In this document: positions 19,795 to 31,111 of the stretch, one piece after another | How the letters are laid out: each line of letters opens with the position of its first letter | Numbering within the stretch: position 1 is the first letter of the stretch | Program-made: the position numbers and the translations under genes | Source of the DNA: an uncultured Acidobacteriota bacterium | Lineage (GTDB): Bacteria; Acidobacteriota; Terriglobia; UBA7540 | Assembly (NCBI GenBank): GCA_963804995.1 | Contig: CAWDSK010000003.1 | Coordinates: 1,184,001 to 1,248,000, forward strand | Direction of reading: 5' to 3' | DNA: 64,000 nt | The notes under the pieces: generated by a model | Databases searched by the model: none | Seen by the model: the letters and a program-made list of their open reading frames with translations, nothing else | What the model was told of the DNA's origin: nothing

Positions 19795-21210
19795 ATGATT
19801 GGAGTACCCGAAAGGCAGGATGGATTTGCTGGTCACAACCCTCCTGCGGTCACCACGCGCCCAAGCCCGCGCGGCGCGTGGTTCCGCACCACCGGGCTGG
19901 CATCTTTCTTAATAGTATTCTTAGCCGCAACCATGGTGCGCGTGGTCTGGGTTACTCATGTTATCGCGAGATCTCCCCAATTCGCGAGTACTCAGCCGTT
20001 TTCGGCCGCGGAGATGGGAAATATTGCCACCAACATCGCCGAAGGTTGAGGCTTTAGCTCGCCCTTCGGTAGGGGCGCGCGGCCCACCGCTTGGGAATGC
20101 CCGCTCGTGCCGTATATATTCGCAGGGATCATCAGGCTCGCCGGTGGTCCGACCGGCCGCGCCGCTCGGCTTATTTTCTTATCGCAGGCATTGGTCAGTG
20201 CAATCGCTGCAGCGATGTACTGGCTTATCGCTCGAAGATTGATCTTACGACACCCTGGTTTTTTTTCTCCGTGGCTTTCCCCAGTCCTTGCGGTTGTCGT
20301 GTCTCTATGGCCGGAGTCCATTAATTCAATCATAGACCCATGGTATTGGGTCTGGCAGGAGGCTGCTCTCGCGATCTTCGTGCTGCTGGCGATGCGATGG
20401 TGGGATGAGGCAGATTACCGCAGTGGCGTGTTTCTGGGGCTGGCGGGTGGCGTCCTCGCTTTGATCAACGTCAGCCCTCTGCCCATTATTGCGGTTGCAA
20501 TCCTGTTCCCGGTGCTGAAAAAGTATTGCCAAGGGTTGAGGCTTGGCCCCACAGTGATTTCTGTCGCCTCTTTTGCACTTGTGGTCACTCCGTGGCTGGT
20601 GAGGAATGCTGTTGTCTTTCGCACTTTTGTGCCTCTGCGGTCCGTTGCCGGACATGCTCTCTTTGAGGGCAACAGCGAACTGGAGTGCATTCGAGAGCCA
20701 AATAACATACGCCACCCCGCAACCGACAAGCAGGAATTTGAACGCTATACCGCGCTTGGCGAAATCCGATACTGCCATGAGGCCCGGGAGTGCGCCACCG
20801 AGTATATTCGTCAGCATCCTTGGCAAACGGTCCGTCGCACGGTCATTCGTATTTATGTATGTTGGTTTACGGACCTGACGGACCACTGGACACCGGATCC
20901 TGAGCACAAATGGTGGACCGGAACCGGGCAGTCCATCGTCCGCCATTTAGCTTTAGTTCTAATAACCTGGGCCTCGATCGGGGTCATCTTGTGGGCGGCA
21001 TTATCCGGCCGGTTCCGATCTCTGCCCTATGCTCCCCTTTTCGCAGCCGTCGTGGTCTTCCTGCCTGTCCCTAATTACTTCACTTTCGCAGATCCCGAAT
21101 ACACAATGGTGCTCCGAATGTGGCTCGGCGTTATTGCCGTCTTGCTACTCGCGCTCCGCTCCCCCCAGACAGAACACCTCGTCGCTGATTCCGGTACCGG
21201 GCAAGATTAA
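19795..21210 (+). CDS. ArnT/GT39-like membrane glycosyltransferase, interrupted by an in-frame TGA at 20047-20049
   Basis: ORFs 19795-20049 and 20107-21210 share one frame. Read-through gives EMGNIATNIAEG*GFSSPF...PTAW. PWLVRN motif downstream. Confidence 0.7.
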
Positions 21211-21257
21211 GGCAGATTTGTAACTTCGAATCGGCGCTGCACCTCCGTACGTGGAGT

Positions 21258-21345
21258 GGTGCCCTAATTTGAACGTAGCGCCCCGATTCATCGGGGCTCA
21301 ATGCCGGCTGGAAGCCGGCGCTACGTTTGAAATTAGGACAGCACC
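21258..21345. mobile_element. MITE-like element with GGT termini, an 8-bp flanking direct repeat and an internal GTAG-type REP hairpin
   Basis: GGTGCCCTAATTT...AAATTAGGACAGCACC. CGTGGAGT at 21250-21257 and 21346-21353. Internal AACGTAGCGCC...GGCGCTACGTT. Confidence 0.65.
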
Positions 21346-21360
21346 CGTGGAGTCCTCGGC

Positions 21361-21390
21361 TTGTCAATCTGCCGCCCCACGCCCTATACT
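21361..21390 (+). promoter_or_regulatory. Putative sigma70 promoter
   Basis: TTGTCA-N18-TATACT upstream of 21466. Confidence 0.45.
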
Positions 21391-21465
21391 ACCGAGGACT
21401 GTGCCCGGAAATGTGCAAGGGGCATGAGAATCTTGATCTTGCCACAAGGTTTAAAGTGAGGATGG

Positions 21466-23278
21466 GTGAGTATCAGTGTCATCATTCCGACTTGCCGGCG
21501 GGCAGTGGTGCTGCGGAATACTCTCAACTCCTTGATTCCTCAGACAGACCGCGACTTTGAAGTGGTCGTGGTTTGTGACGGTGAAGACCCCCAGACGCGG
21601 GCCCTGTCTATAGACTACACGGCCGAGTTCCCGCTGACTTGGATCTTCACCAAGGAAAGACACGGACTGCCTTCGGCGCGCAATACGGGTGCGAACGCAG
21701 CGCAGGGCGAAATTCTCCTCTTTCTGGATGACGACACGGAGGCAGTGCCGGATTGGATTTCCCAGCACCGGAAGCATCTCCAGACTGACAAGAGCCAGAC
21801 GCTCGCAGTGGTCGGCAAAATCATCGACGTTTTCTCGCGAGAACCGAAGTCACACACGGAGCGGCTGCTTCGGGAGGAGCGGAAAGCGGTGCTCGCTTAT
21901 TACGAAACCATCCTGACTGGTTCGGCATGTTCAGTCTATCGGGCCTGATGCTGAATCCTGGAATAGTTTCGGAGTCAACTGCTCCATAAGTCGTAAGACC
22001 TTTTGGGATTGTGGGGGGTTTGATCCGCGCCTTGTCGGTGATCAGTGCGGCTTCATCGGCGAGGAGATGGAACTGGGCCACCGTCTGTGCGACCGCGGAA
22101 TTGAGTTCGTCTTCGAACCCAAGGCGATCTTGTATCACCATGACTCCAAAGACTTGCGGGTCTACGCCAGCGAATTAAGGAAGGCCGCTGGGCCCGCCGA
22201 TGTGTACCGTATCTCAGAAAAGGGCCAACGGAATGCCCAGACGTGTGGGCTTACTTCGCTGGTTCACGGCCATTCGGTGTCTCGATTCGTGGCCTGGGTG
22301 GGGTGGAACCACCCTTGGGCCGCAAGACGGATAGCGGCGATAAGTCAAGCACTTACAGATTCAGCCGGGATGAAAAGCTTCTACGGGATTTGGGGGATGA
22401 TGTCTTTCGCCGAAGAGTACTGGCAGGGGGTCAAAGCCATGGGTCTGACACCCGCCACGATTCGACAACTTACTGGATCACCCTTGCCTGTGTTGAGGTT
22501 TCAGAGCATTTCTGTCCCCCAGGAACCCAAAGGTAGCCCCAGCAATCTCTCGCTCAGGCATTTTGTCCGACTCATGCGCTGGCTCAGACGGCTGGGTTAC
22601 GACTCTTTGCCCGCCGACGAGCGCCTTTCAGCGCCGTGTCCCACCAAAAGTATACTTGTGACGTTTGATGGCGGCTTTGAGGATTTCTATTCTGAGGTCT
22701 TCCCTCACCTGAAACCTCTTGGCCTCAAACCACTCGTATTTTTGGTTGTCGATTACATCGGCAAGCGGAATGTTTGGGAACAGCAGGCTGGGTCCTCCTC
22801 CCGAAAATTGCTTTCAATGGAACAGATTAGAGAGATGAGCCACCAGGGTGTCCAGTTCGGCTCACTTACTCTCACTCATCCTTGGTTACCGAGTCTTTCC
22901 GACACCGAACTGCGCCGGGAAGTCGCGGAATCGAAATCCCGGCTCGAGGACATGCTGGGCTCGGAAGTAACCTGCTTCGCTTATCCCCACGGCGGAATTG
23001 ACAGCCGCGTACGGGCGGCAGTGGCCCGGGCTGGGTATCAGTTCGGGTTCACGACACAACCAGGGCTGAATTTCTGGAATGACCCGCTGGCTTTGAGGCG
23101 AATCGCCATGAATGATTCCAGCTCGTTATTGGGACAACTTGTGGCCATAAGAACTGGACGCACGATCGGCCAAAACACCCGCGCCGCTCTGCTTTTCGGC
23201 CCGCGAGTCGCCTTGAAATTTTTCCCCGACTCCATCTCCGGGGGTTTGAAACGCGCCATCCGTCAAGCGACAAGCTGA
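21466..23278 (+). CDS. GT2 glycosyltransferase fused to a degenerate CE4 polysaccharide deacetylase domain, with a +1 frameshift near 21920
   Basis: SVIIPT, ARNTG and FLDDD motifs. The next frame continues NCSISR...GGFD...EMELG and then a NodB-like domain (TFDGG, FAYPHG). Same architecture as 27229-28998. Confidence 0.75.
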
Positions 23279-23437
23279 TAGTGAGCAGTGCGATCCGATT
23301 TTGTAGGTTTGCGAAATCCGAGGCCCGGGTAGGACAGAAAACCCAAGGATTAGACCTAGGGTGCGAATTGCGCCCAACCGGGGCTCCGACAGCCATGTAG
23401 CGCCTTGTCAAGGCATACGAACAGTGGTCGGGACCGA

Positions 23438-25189
23438 ATGAATATGTTGTCAACTAGAGCCGGTTCCTCTGCTCAGACGGCTGTTGTAACTGCCGCAGGG
23501 GCTGGAGCCATTCCGAGAAGGGTAGCCATTCAGGACTGCGCATTCCTGTTCGGTATCGTTCTACTCTCCGGGCTTTCGTACGTAAGCCGATTGGGCTTTT
23601 ATTTTGACGATTGGAGCTACTGGGGAATAATGTATGGTTCCCGAGACCAATCACTCACCGGCTTGTTGCATTGCCTGTGGTCACACAGTCCCGATTTGCA
23701 TGTACGTCCTGTTCAGGCGTTGTATCTGGGGCTTACCTACTTCACCTTCGGGCTTCATCCGCTGCCGTACCACCTGACCAACACCTTGGTACTGGCTTTC
23801 ACCGCAGTCCTGTTCTATGCGTCACTCCGGGAGCTGCAGCTTCCGCATTGCATCACGCTGGCCGTGCCCATGGTCTATGCACTTCTCCCTCATTACGCCA
23901 CGGACCGTTTCTGGATTGCGGCTCACCAAGCCGTTTTCAGCCTCGCATTCTTTTTTCTGGGCTTGTATGCTGGCCTCAGAGCAACGCGAGGCGGGCGGAT
24001 GTATTCATTTTGCTTGCAAGCTGTGAGCATCGGTTCATTTGCGATCGCTCTGCTGTCGTATGAGGTGATCCTCGGCTTGCTACCGGCGTCTCTCTTACTC
24101 ACCGGGTATGGCTTGTACACAAAGCGCCGCGCCCACGGCGGCAAGCCGGAGGGCTTGATGCTTCGCGACGTGGGATACTTCCCCGCCGCGGCCGTCTGCC
24201 TGGGATTGGTTTTTCTTTACAAGACGCGAGTACAGATCTACGTCGGGTCACCTTACCAACTCCTGATCTCGACTCATATCGGCCCGCTTTTCTGGGATGT
24301 CGTGAAAGGAGCGATCAAATTTAATGTCCTGCATTACGGGGTAGGCCTGCCGTGGGGGGCTTTCGTGTTGTATCGGTACACGGGTGTAGGCGCATGGTCG
24401 GTGATCTTCGCCAGTGTAATTGCGGTTTCGATTCTGTTGTACCTGCCCTGGACGCTCAGGAAATCGCCCTCGGGCCTGCTCAGTGGGAAAGTGGCTCTAA
24501 GCTTGATCGCCGCGGGATTTATAGTGTTCGCGCTAGGTTACGCACCTCTTGCAGTACTGCATTTCGGTTTGACAACCATGGGCATCGATAACCGTGTGAC
24601 GATTGCCGCCGCGGTGGGAGCGGCATGTGTTCTCGTCGGGGGCTCAGTGCTTCTGATTCGCGCCGTAGCACCCGCTAGGCTGCAAGTGCTGTCATTTTGC
24701 GGCGCGATTGCAGTTATATGTGGGTTGAATTTCGTTTGCATTGCGAGTTTCGCCGAATGCTGGGCCCAAGCGTACATCCAGCAACGTGAGATCGTCGCGG
24801 AGGTACGCAAGAATGTCGTTTTGCCCGCAGGCACCACGCTTCTGCTCGATGGATTTTGCCGTTATGTCGGACCGGCAATGGTGTTCGTGACGGACTGGGA
24901 CGCGCAGGGGGTGCTCCAAATCGCCTATGGTGACACGACGCTGGGGGGCGACGTGGTATCCCCGGCCATGGAAATCGGCGACGACGTGATCACCACCAGG
25001 TTTTACGGGGAATTGGAGGGGCAGTACGCCTATGGTGAGAGGCTCTGGCTCCATAACGTGCAACGGAAAACCACCCTGAAGTTGACCGACAGTCTCGTGG
25101 CTCGCAATTACTTTCGGACCGTAAATCCCGGCAAGAATAGCGGATGCCCGGCGGGATTCGCAGGAATTGGCGCTCCGACCCCGTGGTAG
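23438..25189 (+). CDS. Polytopic membrane protein, probable GT-C glycosyltransferase
   Basis: GFYFDDW in the first loop, RP, PLPYH and LLSYE motifs, about 12 TM helices and a periplasmic C-terminus. Confidence 0.6.
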   Translation: MNMLSTRAGSSAQTAVVTAAGAGAIPRRVAIQDCAFLFGIVLLSGLSYVSRLGFYFDDWSYWGIMYGSRDQSLTGLLHCLWSHSPDLHVRPVQALYLGLTYFTFGLHPLPYHLTNTLVLAFTAVLFYASLRELQLPHCITLAVPMVYALLPHYATDRFWIAAHQAVFSLAFFFLGLYAGLRATRGGRMYSFCLQAVSIGSFAIALLSYEVILGLLPASLLLTGYGLYTKRRAHGGKPEGLMLRDVGYFPAAAVCLGLVFLYKTRVQIYVGSPYQLLISTHIGPLFWDVVKGAIKFNVLHYGVGLPWGAFVLYRYTGVGAWSVIFASVIAVSILLYLPWTLRKSPSGLLSGKVALSLIAAGFIVFALGYAPLAVLHFGLTTMGIDNRVTIAAAVGAACVLVGGSVLLIRAVAPARLQVLSFCGAIAVICGLNFVCIASFAECWAQAYIQQREIVAEVRKNVVLPAGTTLLLDGFCRYVGPAMVFVTDWDAQGVLQIAYGDTTLGGDVVSPAMEIGDDVITTRFYGELEGQYAYGERLWLHNVQRKTTLKLTDSLVARNYFRTVNPGKNSGCPAGFAGIGAPTPW

Positions 25190-25386
25190 TACCGGGGAGT
25201 TTCTCCGCAGCCTGTAAAGTCAACTCCCATGATTCGAGCCAAGGCAAGGAGTTGTGGACGACTGATGAACAAACAAGCGGGTCTGTGCGGCGGGCTGCGG
25301 GAGCACACATCCCTCGTTACCGTGGGACCAGCGAGGCGGCACGCAAGCTCTTGCAGACTTTGCAACGCGGCGACTGGGAGGATCGA

Positions 25387-26157
25387 GTGATTCCGGTCAG
25401 AGGACTCTGGAGTGCGATGGTACCCTATCCTGTTCGCCAATGGGTAAGCGAACGGAAGAAACGCGTGAAGCGTTCTCTACGCAAGTTACGGAGAGATGCC
25501 GATTTTGTCAGCCTGCGGCGAACGACTCCTGTCTGCGACGATTGGGGAAAAAGCAGAGGGCATTGCATCGACCGCTACTACATCGAACAATTCCTGGCTG
25601 ATCACGCGGCGGACATTCGGGGGCACGTTCTCGAATTTGATGAGGCCTTGTACGCGAACAAATTTGGTGGCGCCAAGGTAACACAGGTGGATGTGCTTCA
25701 CAAAGTGGAGGGTAATCCTCGAGCCACTATCGTCGCTGACCTGGCGAAGGGGGAAAATATCCCGTCCAACACCTTTGACTGCGTTATTTGTACGCAAGTC
25801 CTTCACTTTGTCTACGATCTGCACGCCGCTGTCCGGACGTTGCACCGCATCCTGAAGCCCGGCGGCGTCGTACTGGTTACCGCACCCGGCATCCAGAAGA
25901 TTGAGCGCTCCGCCATGGAGATGTGGGGAGAGCATTGGCGATTTACAACCCTCTCTTTACGTCGGCTGTTCGAGGAGGTCTTCCCGGCGAATCTTATCGA
26001 AGTGAAGGCATCTGGAAACGTCTTGGCGGCCATTGCGTTCCTGCATGGATATGCCGTAGAAGACCTGAGGAGAGAGGACCTGGATTTTCGCGATCAGGAT
26101 TATGAGGTTTCGATTGGGCTGAGGGCGGTTAAACCTAAGGAGGTCGAGACCGTTTAA
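25387..26157 (+). CDS. SAM-dependent methyltransferase (type 11-like, glycan-associated)
   Basis: IDRYYIEQFL, FDCVICTQVL, LHRILKPGG and WRFT motifs. GGAGG precedes GTG 25387. Confidence 0.75.
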   Translation: MIPVRGLWSAMVPYPVRQWVSERKKRVKRSLRKLRRDADFVSLRRTTPVCDDWGKSRGHCIDRYYIEQFLADHAADIRGHVLEFDEALYANKFGGAKVTQVDVLHKVEGNPRATIVADLAKGENIPSNTFDCVICTQVLHFVYDLHAAVRTLHRILKPGGVVLVTAPGIQKIERSAMEMWGEHWRFTTLSLRRLFEEVFPANLIEVKASGNVLAAIAFLHGYAVEDLRREDLDFRDQDYEVSIGLRAVKPKEVETV

Positions 26158-26214
26158 CGAAACCCGCAGGCTGTGGGAGGGCGCTGTCCCCTCCTGTGGT
26201 GCGTAGAAGGAATC

Positions 26215-27142
26215 ATGAATAACCCGCCCAGGGTGTCAGTTGTCGTCAGCTTCCTCGATGCGGAAAGGTTCTTTGCGGAGGCAATTCAAAGTGTGTTTGC
26301 GCAGACGTTCAAGAGTTGGGAACTCTTGCTGGTTGATGACGGGTTCGAGCGATTCCAGTACGGCCATGGCGCGTCACTACTCCACGGAGTACCCGCACCT
26401 GGTGAAATATCTCGAACACGATAATCACTGTAATCGAGGCCTCCCTGCTTCCCGCAATCTGGGCATCAACAACGCAAGGGGAGAATACATTGCGCTCCTT
26501 GATTCCGATGACGTTTGGTTACCTATCAAACTGGAACGCCAAATTGCGATCATGGATTCGCATCCCAGGGTGTCGCTGGTCATGGGCGCATCTCTATACT
26601 GGTACAATTGGGCGGCTGATTCGAGCGTTCCGCAGCAGGATTATATGCAAGGGTTCGGCATCCCCGCCAACAGGGTATACGAACCACCGGCCTTGCTGAA
26701 AGCGCACTTGTCGGAAGTGACGTGGGCGCCTTGTCCGTCCGATCTGCTCTTCCGCAAAGAGGTTATCACCAACCTGGGTGGATTTGACGAAGCGTTCTCC
26801 ACGGTTTCCGGGATGTACGAAGACCAAGCATTCCTGGCCAAAGTCTTCTTGAATCTGCCCGTTTATGTGTCAGACGAGTGTTGGGATCGCTACCGGCTGC
26901 ATAGAGACTCGATCTGCGCCAGGGTAAAATCATCAGGGCGACACCCAGCCGCCACGGTCTTTTACCTGAACTGGGTCGGGGAGTACCTCTCCAGCCAGGG
27001 TGCGATGGACGCAAAAATACAGCATATAATCCGCCGCCGGTTGTGGCCGCTTCGGCATCCCTTGCTATACCCGTTCCGGCGGTGGGGAGGACGTGTGATC
27101 AGAGGTCTCAAGCGTATAGGGGCAGGACTTCTTCAGGCTTGA
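26215..27142 (+). CDS. GT2 glycosyltransferase with a +1 frameshift at about 26343
   Basis: VSVVVSF...LVDDG continues as SSDSS...SRNLG...LDSDD in the next frame. Removing one base restores VDDGSSD. Confidence 0.8.
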
Positions 27143-27228
27143 AAGCCCGTGTGATTTGTCGGGGCACGGTCCAACTACCTGCCACTCCACAGAGGATTAA
27201 TATCCAGCGCCCCCACCGGGGCAGTTGC

Positions 27229-28998
27229 ATGAGCCAACCACCCTCCATCTCGGTTGTCCTTCCGACTTTTAACCGCCGTGAGCTTTTGGAACGCACTTTG
27301 CCGACGGTCTTGGAGCAAGACTTCCCTGCGCATGAGTTCGAGGTGATTGTAGTGGTAGACGGCTCAACGGACGGGACGGCGGAGTGGCTCCGAAGCCTGA
27401 GGCCATCCTGTGGTTTCAAGGTCATCGAACAAGAAAATCGTGGACAGAAGGCGGCCTTAAACGCCGGAGTTCGGGCCGCGAGTGGGCGACTCATCCTGTT
27501 TCTCGATGATGATCTCCTGTGCGACAAGTCTTTGCTTGCTGAGCACGCCGCCGGGCATGCCGGGGGAGGTTTCACCCTGGTCTTCGGCCGTATACGGGTT
27601 GCGCCGGAGAGTCCGCCGACTTTGGAAACCGAGGCCATGCGGACATATCTCGAGAATCACTACGAGCAATCGGTGCGAGGGGGCCAACCGGTGTGGCCCT
27701 ACGCGGCGGTGGTAGGGCCGAATTGCTCACTTTCGCGCACGCGTTATTTGGATTGTGGAGGGTATGACGAGAGCCTGCCACGGCGGTATGAAGATGTTGA
27801 ATTAGGTCTCCGCCTTTGGAAAATCGGATGCCAATTCAAGTATCAGCCCAAGGCCATCATCTATCACCTTTGCCTGAAGTCATCAGGGGAACGGGCCAGG
27901 GACCTCGCCTACGAAGGCAGAAGCATGTTCGGGGTGTGCCGGATGTACCCTGATTATCGGGCGCATAACACCCTGATGGCAGTGGTGCGGGCGCCCGCCT
28001 GGAAGCGTTTGTTTTATAGGACCCTGGCGGGTCTCCCTTTTTCAGCCACGATATGGTTTGCGCCTTTTATCTGGTTGATATCCAAACTGGCCCGCGTCAG
28101 CCCTGGGGCGAGTCGATTGGGACTTCGCTTGCACGATGTCCGGCAGAACGTAGCATGGTTTCAGGGCGCCATCGCGGAACCGGGTTCGTGGAAAGAGTTT
28201 CATAATGTGTTTCGGCGCCGCCTGCCGGTGCTGGCCTATCACCGCATAGGCACCCCCGCACCTTTAGAGTGGTCCGAACTAACCGTAACGCCGCAGAAAT
28301 TTGAGCGCCAGATTCAGTGGCTGGCCAAGCACGGCTACGTTGGGATTAAACCTTGCGATTGGCTGGCGTGGTGTCGTGAAGGCAAGGATCTGCCTGAGAA
28401 GCCCGTGTTGCTCACCTTTGATGATGCTTACCGAGACCTCACCGAACATGCGTTCCCGGTGTTAAAGCGGTATGGATTCAATGCCACCGTCTTCGTGGTC
28501 ACCCAACACTTGGGTAAAACCAATTCCTGGGACCAGGGTAGCGTGAGAGCAGATTTGCCGCTCATGACGGTTGAGCAGGTTCGCTATTGGGCTAACCAAG
28601 GCTTCGAATTTGGCGGACATACCCGGACCCACCCCGACTTGACGAGCGTGGATAACACCAGACTGACGGACGAAGTGGAAGGCGGCGCCCAGGACCTGGA
28701 GCACATAGTGGGCAAGCGGGCCATCTCTTTCGCATATCCTCATGGACTGTACAACGAGACGGTCCGGCAATGTGCGGAGAAGGCGTTCGCTTTGGCCTTT
28801 ACCTGTGACGAGGGTTTGAACTGCCTCACCACCCATCCCCATCTTCTCCAGCGAACCGAGGTCCAACCCCAAGATACCCTCCTCGATTTCGGGTTGCGCG
28901 TTCGCTTGGGATACGACCCACTCCACGACCTGCGGGGTCGCCTCCGAATTCGCACGCGCCTCAGAGGTGCGTTAGGTCTCCTGAAGGAGAAGAAGTAA
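27229..28998 (+). CDS. GT2 glycosyltransferase fused to an intact CE4 (IcaB/PgaB-like) polysaccharide deacetylase
   Basis: GT2 motifs SVVLPTFNR, DGSTDG, FLDDD, YEDVELG. CE4 motifs LAYHRI, TFDDAY, HTRTH, FAYPHG. Confidence 0.85.
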   Translation: MSQPPSISVVLPTFNRRELLERTLPTVLEQDFPAHEFEVIVVVDGSTDGTAEWLRSLRPSCGFKVIEQENRGQKAALNAGVRAASGRLILFLDDDLLCDKSLLAEHAAGHAGGGFTLVFGRIRVAPESPPTLETEAMRTYLENHYEQSVRGGQPVWPYAAVVGPNCSLSRTRYLDCGGYDESLPRRYEDVELGLRLWKIGCQFKYQPKAIIYHLCLKSSGERARDLAYEGRSMFGVCRMYPDYRAHNTLMAVVRAPAWKRLFYRTLAGLPFSATIWFAPFIWLISKLARVSPGASRLGLRLHDVRQNVAWFQGAIAEPGSWKEFHNVFRRRLPVLAYHRIGTPAPLEWSELTVTPQKFERQIQWLAKHGYVGIKPCDWLAWCREGKDLPEKPVLLTFDDAYRDLTEHAFPVLKRYGFNATVFVVTQHLGKTNSWDQGSVRADLPLMTVEQVRYWANQGFEFGGHTRTHPDLTSVDNTRLTDEVEGGAQDLEHIVGKRAISFAYPHGLYNETVRQCAEKAFALAFTCDEGLNCLTTHPHLLQRTEVQPQDTLLDFGLRVRLGYDPLHDLRGRLRIRTRLRGALGLLKEKK

Positions 28999-30074
28999 TG
29001 CCAAAGCGGGTCTTACACATCCTGGGGACCGCCGGGCAGCATGGGGCAGGAATCGCACATCTTGTGCGCGGGCTGGCGCGCGGGCTTGATCCGCAGCGCT
29101 ACCGCATCCACGCCTTGTTTCTGGCTGGGGATGGACCTCTGGTGAGCGTGCTGCAGCAGGCGGGAGCGCAGGTGAGTGCCGTCGACTGGGTACGCGGGGC
29201 GCGCGATCCGATGGGAGCCTGGCGGTTCTGGCGCCATCTGCGCAATCAACAGTTCGATATCGTCCACGTCCACTTCGGGGGAAGGTCCGTGTTCTGGCTG
29301 GCTCGGGCCGCGACCGGCGCAAAAATCGTATTGCACTTGTGGGACCGGATTCTGGAGCCGCGGGGGTTGACCCCGGTTTACTTTTCTGCCCGCGGCACAG
29401 ACGGTGTGGTCGCCGCCTCTCAAGCGATCGCCAGTTGAGTTGTAGACGGTCCGGCGCGAGTGATCTATACGGGCGTGGACTTCCCGCCCACCGACTTCCC
29501 TGCCCCGGGTCACCGTGCTACTTCCCAACTCGTCATGGGGACCGCCCGGCGACTCATCCGATTCAAGGGGATCGAGTACTTGCTGGACGCGGCGGCCGTT
29601 CTCCGACCGGAATTCCCCGATCTTCGGGTGGAGATTGCCGGCACCGGGCCGGAACGCGAAAACCTGGAACAGCGGGCCGCCCGCCTCGGCCTCACGGGCC
29701 GCGTTGAGTTCCTGGGTTGGGTCAACGACCTCAATGCGGTTCTGCCCCGCTGGGATGTCTTTGTGATACCTTCCCTCGAAGAGGGTTTTGGCATTGCCGC
29801 TCTGGAAGGAATGGCGGTGGGTCTGCCGGTTGTTGCTTCGGCGGTGGGCGGCCTTCCCGAGATTGTGGAGGATGGAATCAGCGGCTGGCTTGTCCCCCCC
29901 GGCAATGTGGAGGCATTGGCCTCCCGGCTTCGTCTTCTGCTCAGCAGTCAAGAGTTGAGGTTGAGGATGGGCGCGGCCGCGCAGGCTCGGGTGCGGGATC
30001 ATTTCAGTTCCGCACAAATGGCGGAGAATTTCGCCCGGTATTACGACGAAATCCTGGGTGAAAAAAGGACCTGA
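28998..30074 (+). CDS. GT4 glycosyltransferase, interrupted by an in-frame TGA at 29436-29438
   Basis: ORFs 28998-29438 and 29460-30074 share one frame. KG and EGFGIAALEGMAVGLPVV motifs. Confidence 0.8.
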
Positions 30075-30184
30075 GCCCAACCGCGCGGCCGCAGCCAATC
30101 TTGAAACATCCGGCATGTCCAACACACGCTCTCCGGCGGCATGAGACGCCGAGAGGGGTCGCGTGTATCGAGAAGGAGAATGAG

Positions 30185-31111
30185 TTGGAGCCTCCGGGCG
30201 AGTTATTGAAACAGGCGAGCATCATCGTTTGTACGGTTGATCGCTTCCAGGAATTAGAAAGGTGCCTTCACTCGCTCGAGCCTTTCGAGACTAGTGGCGC
30301 TGAAGTCATCGTTGTTAACAACGGGCAGCACCACGCCAAAGTTCAGGGTATAGCGGACCGCTACAAGGCAAGAGTTGTTGACGAACCGGGGCGCGGGCTG
30401 GGGGCGGCTCGCAACTGCGGCGTCCGCGCGGCGTCCAGGTCCCTTCTCGCTTTCCTGGATGATGACGCGTGGGCCATGCCCGACTGGTTGCCCCGCTTGT
30501 TGCAGCCTTTCGAAGATCCTGAGGTTCTTGCTGTTGCCGGTAGCGCCCGGGCAGACACCTCGAGTGATCCGGTCAGCGGACTCTTTGAGAAATTCTACAA
30601 TGCCACTTGCCCGGCGACGCGGAGGTTCCTGCCGGCGCCCCAAACCACCTGCTCGTTTCCGCTGCGCGCGGCCATGTGTGGGATTGGCCTGAACATGGCC
30701 TTCCGACAAGCCGCCTTCGAGCGTTTCGGCATGTTCGACGCGCGGTTTGGTCGCGGCACTCGCATCGGTTCGGGTGAAGAAACGGAGCGCTTTCTGGCGG
30801 TGCTGCTCGGTGGAGGCAAAATTGTAATCGAGCCCGCCGCGGTGGTCGTTCATAGTTTCCCGACCGACGTACGTGCTTACCACCAGGCCATTTTTCAGGC
30901 CGGTTGCGCACACACCGCCATCCTCACCAAATATTTCTTGCAAGAATCCTCCCGGCGTCCGGAAATCTTTCAGTACATCGCCTCACGCTTTCAGAAGCAG
31001 CCAGCAAACGACCCGTTGGCTCCCAATCGCGTCAAAGTCCCGCGATTCCGCTTCCTCCTGGGCAGCCTTTACGGCCCTCTTGCGTTTCTCCTTTCAACGA
31101 AACCCTTCTGA
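30185..31111 (+). CDS. GT2 glycosyltransferase (start uncertain)
   Basis: SIIVCT, ARNCG, FLDDD and G.NMAFR motifs. AGGAG precedes TTG 30185. Confidence 0.8.
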   Translation: MEPPGELLKQASIIVCTVDRFQELERCLHSLEPFETSGAEVIVVNNGQHHAKVQGIADRYKARVVDEPGRGLGAARNCGVRAASRSLLAFLDDDAWAMPDWLPRLLQPFEDPEVLAVAGSARADTSSDPVSGLFEKFYNATCPATRRFLPAPQTTCSFPLRAAMCGIGLNMAFRQAAFERFGMFDARFGRGTRIGSGEETERFLAVLLGGGKIVIEPAAVVVHSFPTDVRAYHQAIFQAGCAHTAILTKYFLQESSRRPEIFQYIASRFQKQPANDPLAPNRVKVPRFRFLLGSLYGPLAFLLSTKPF

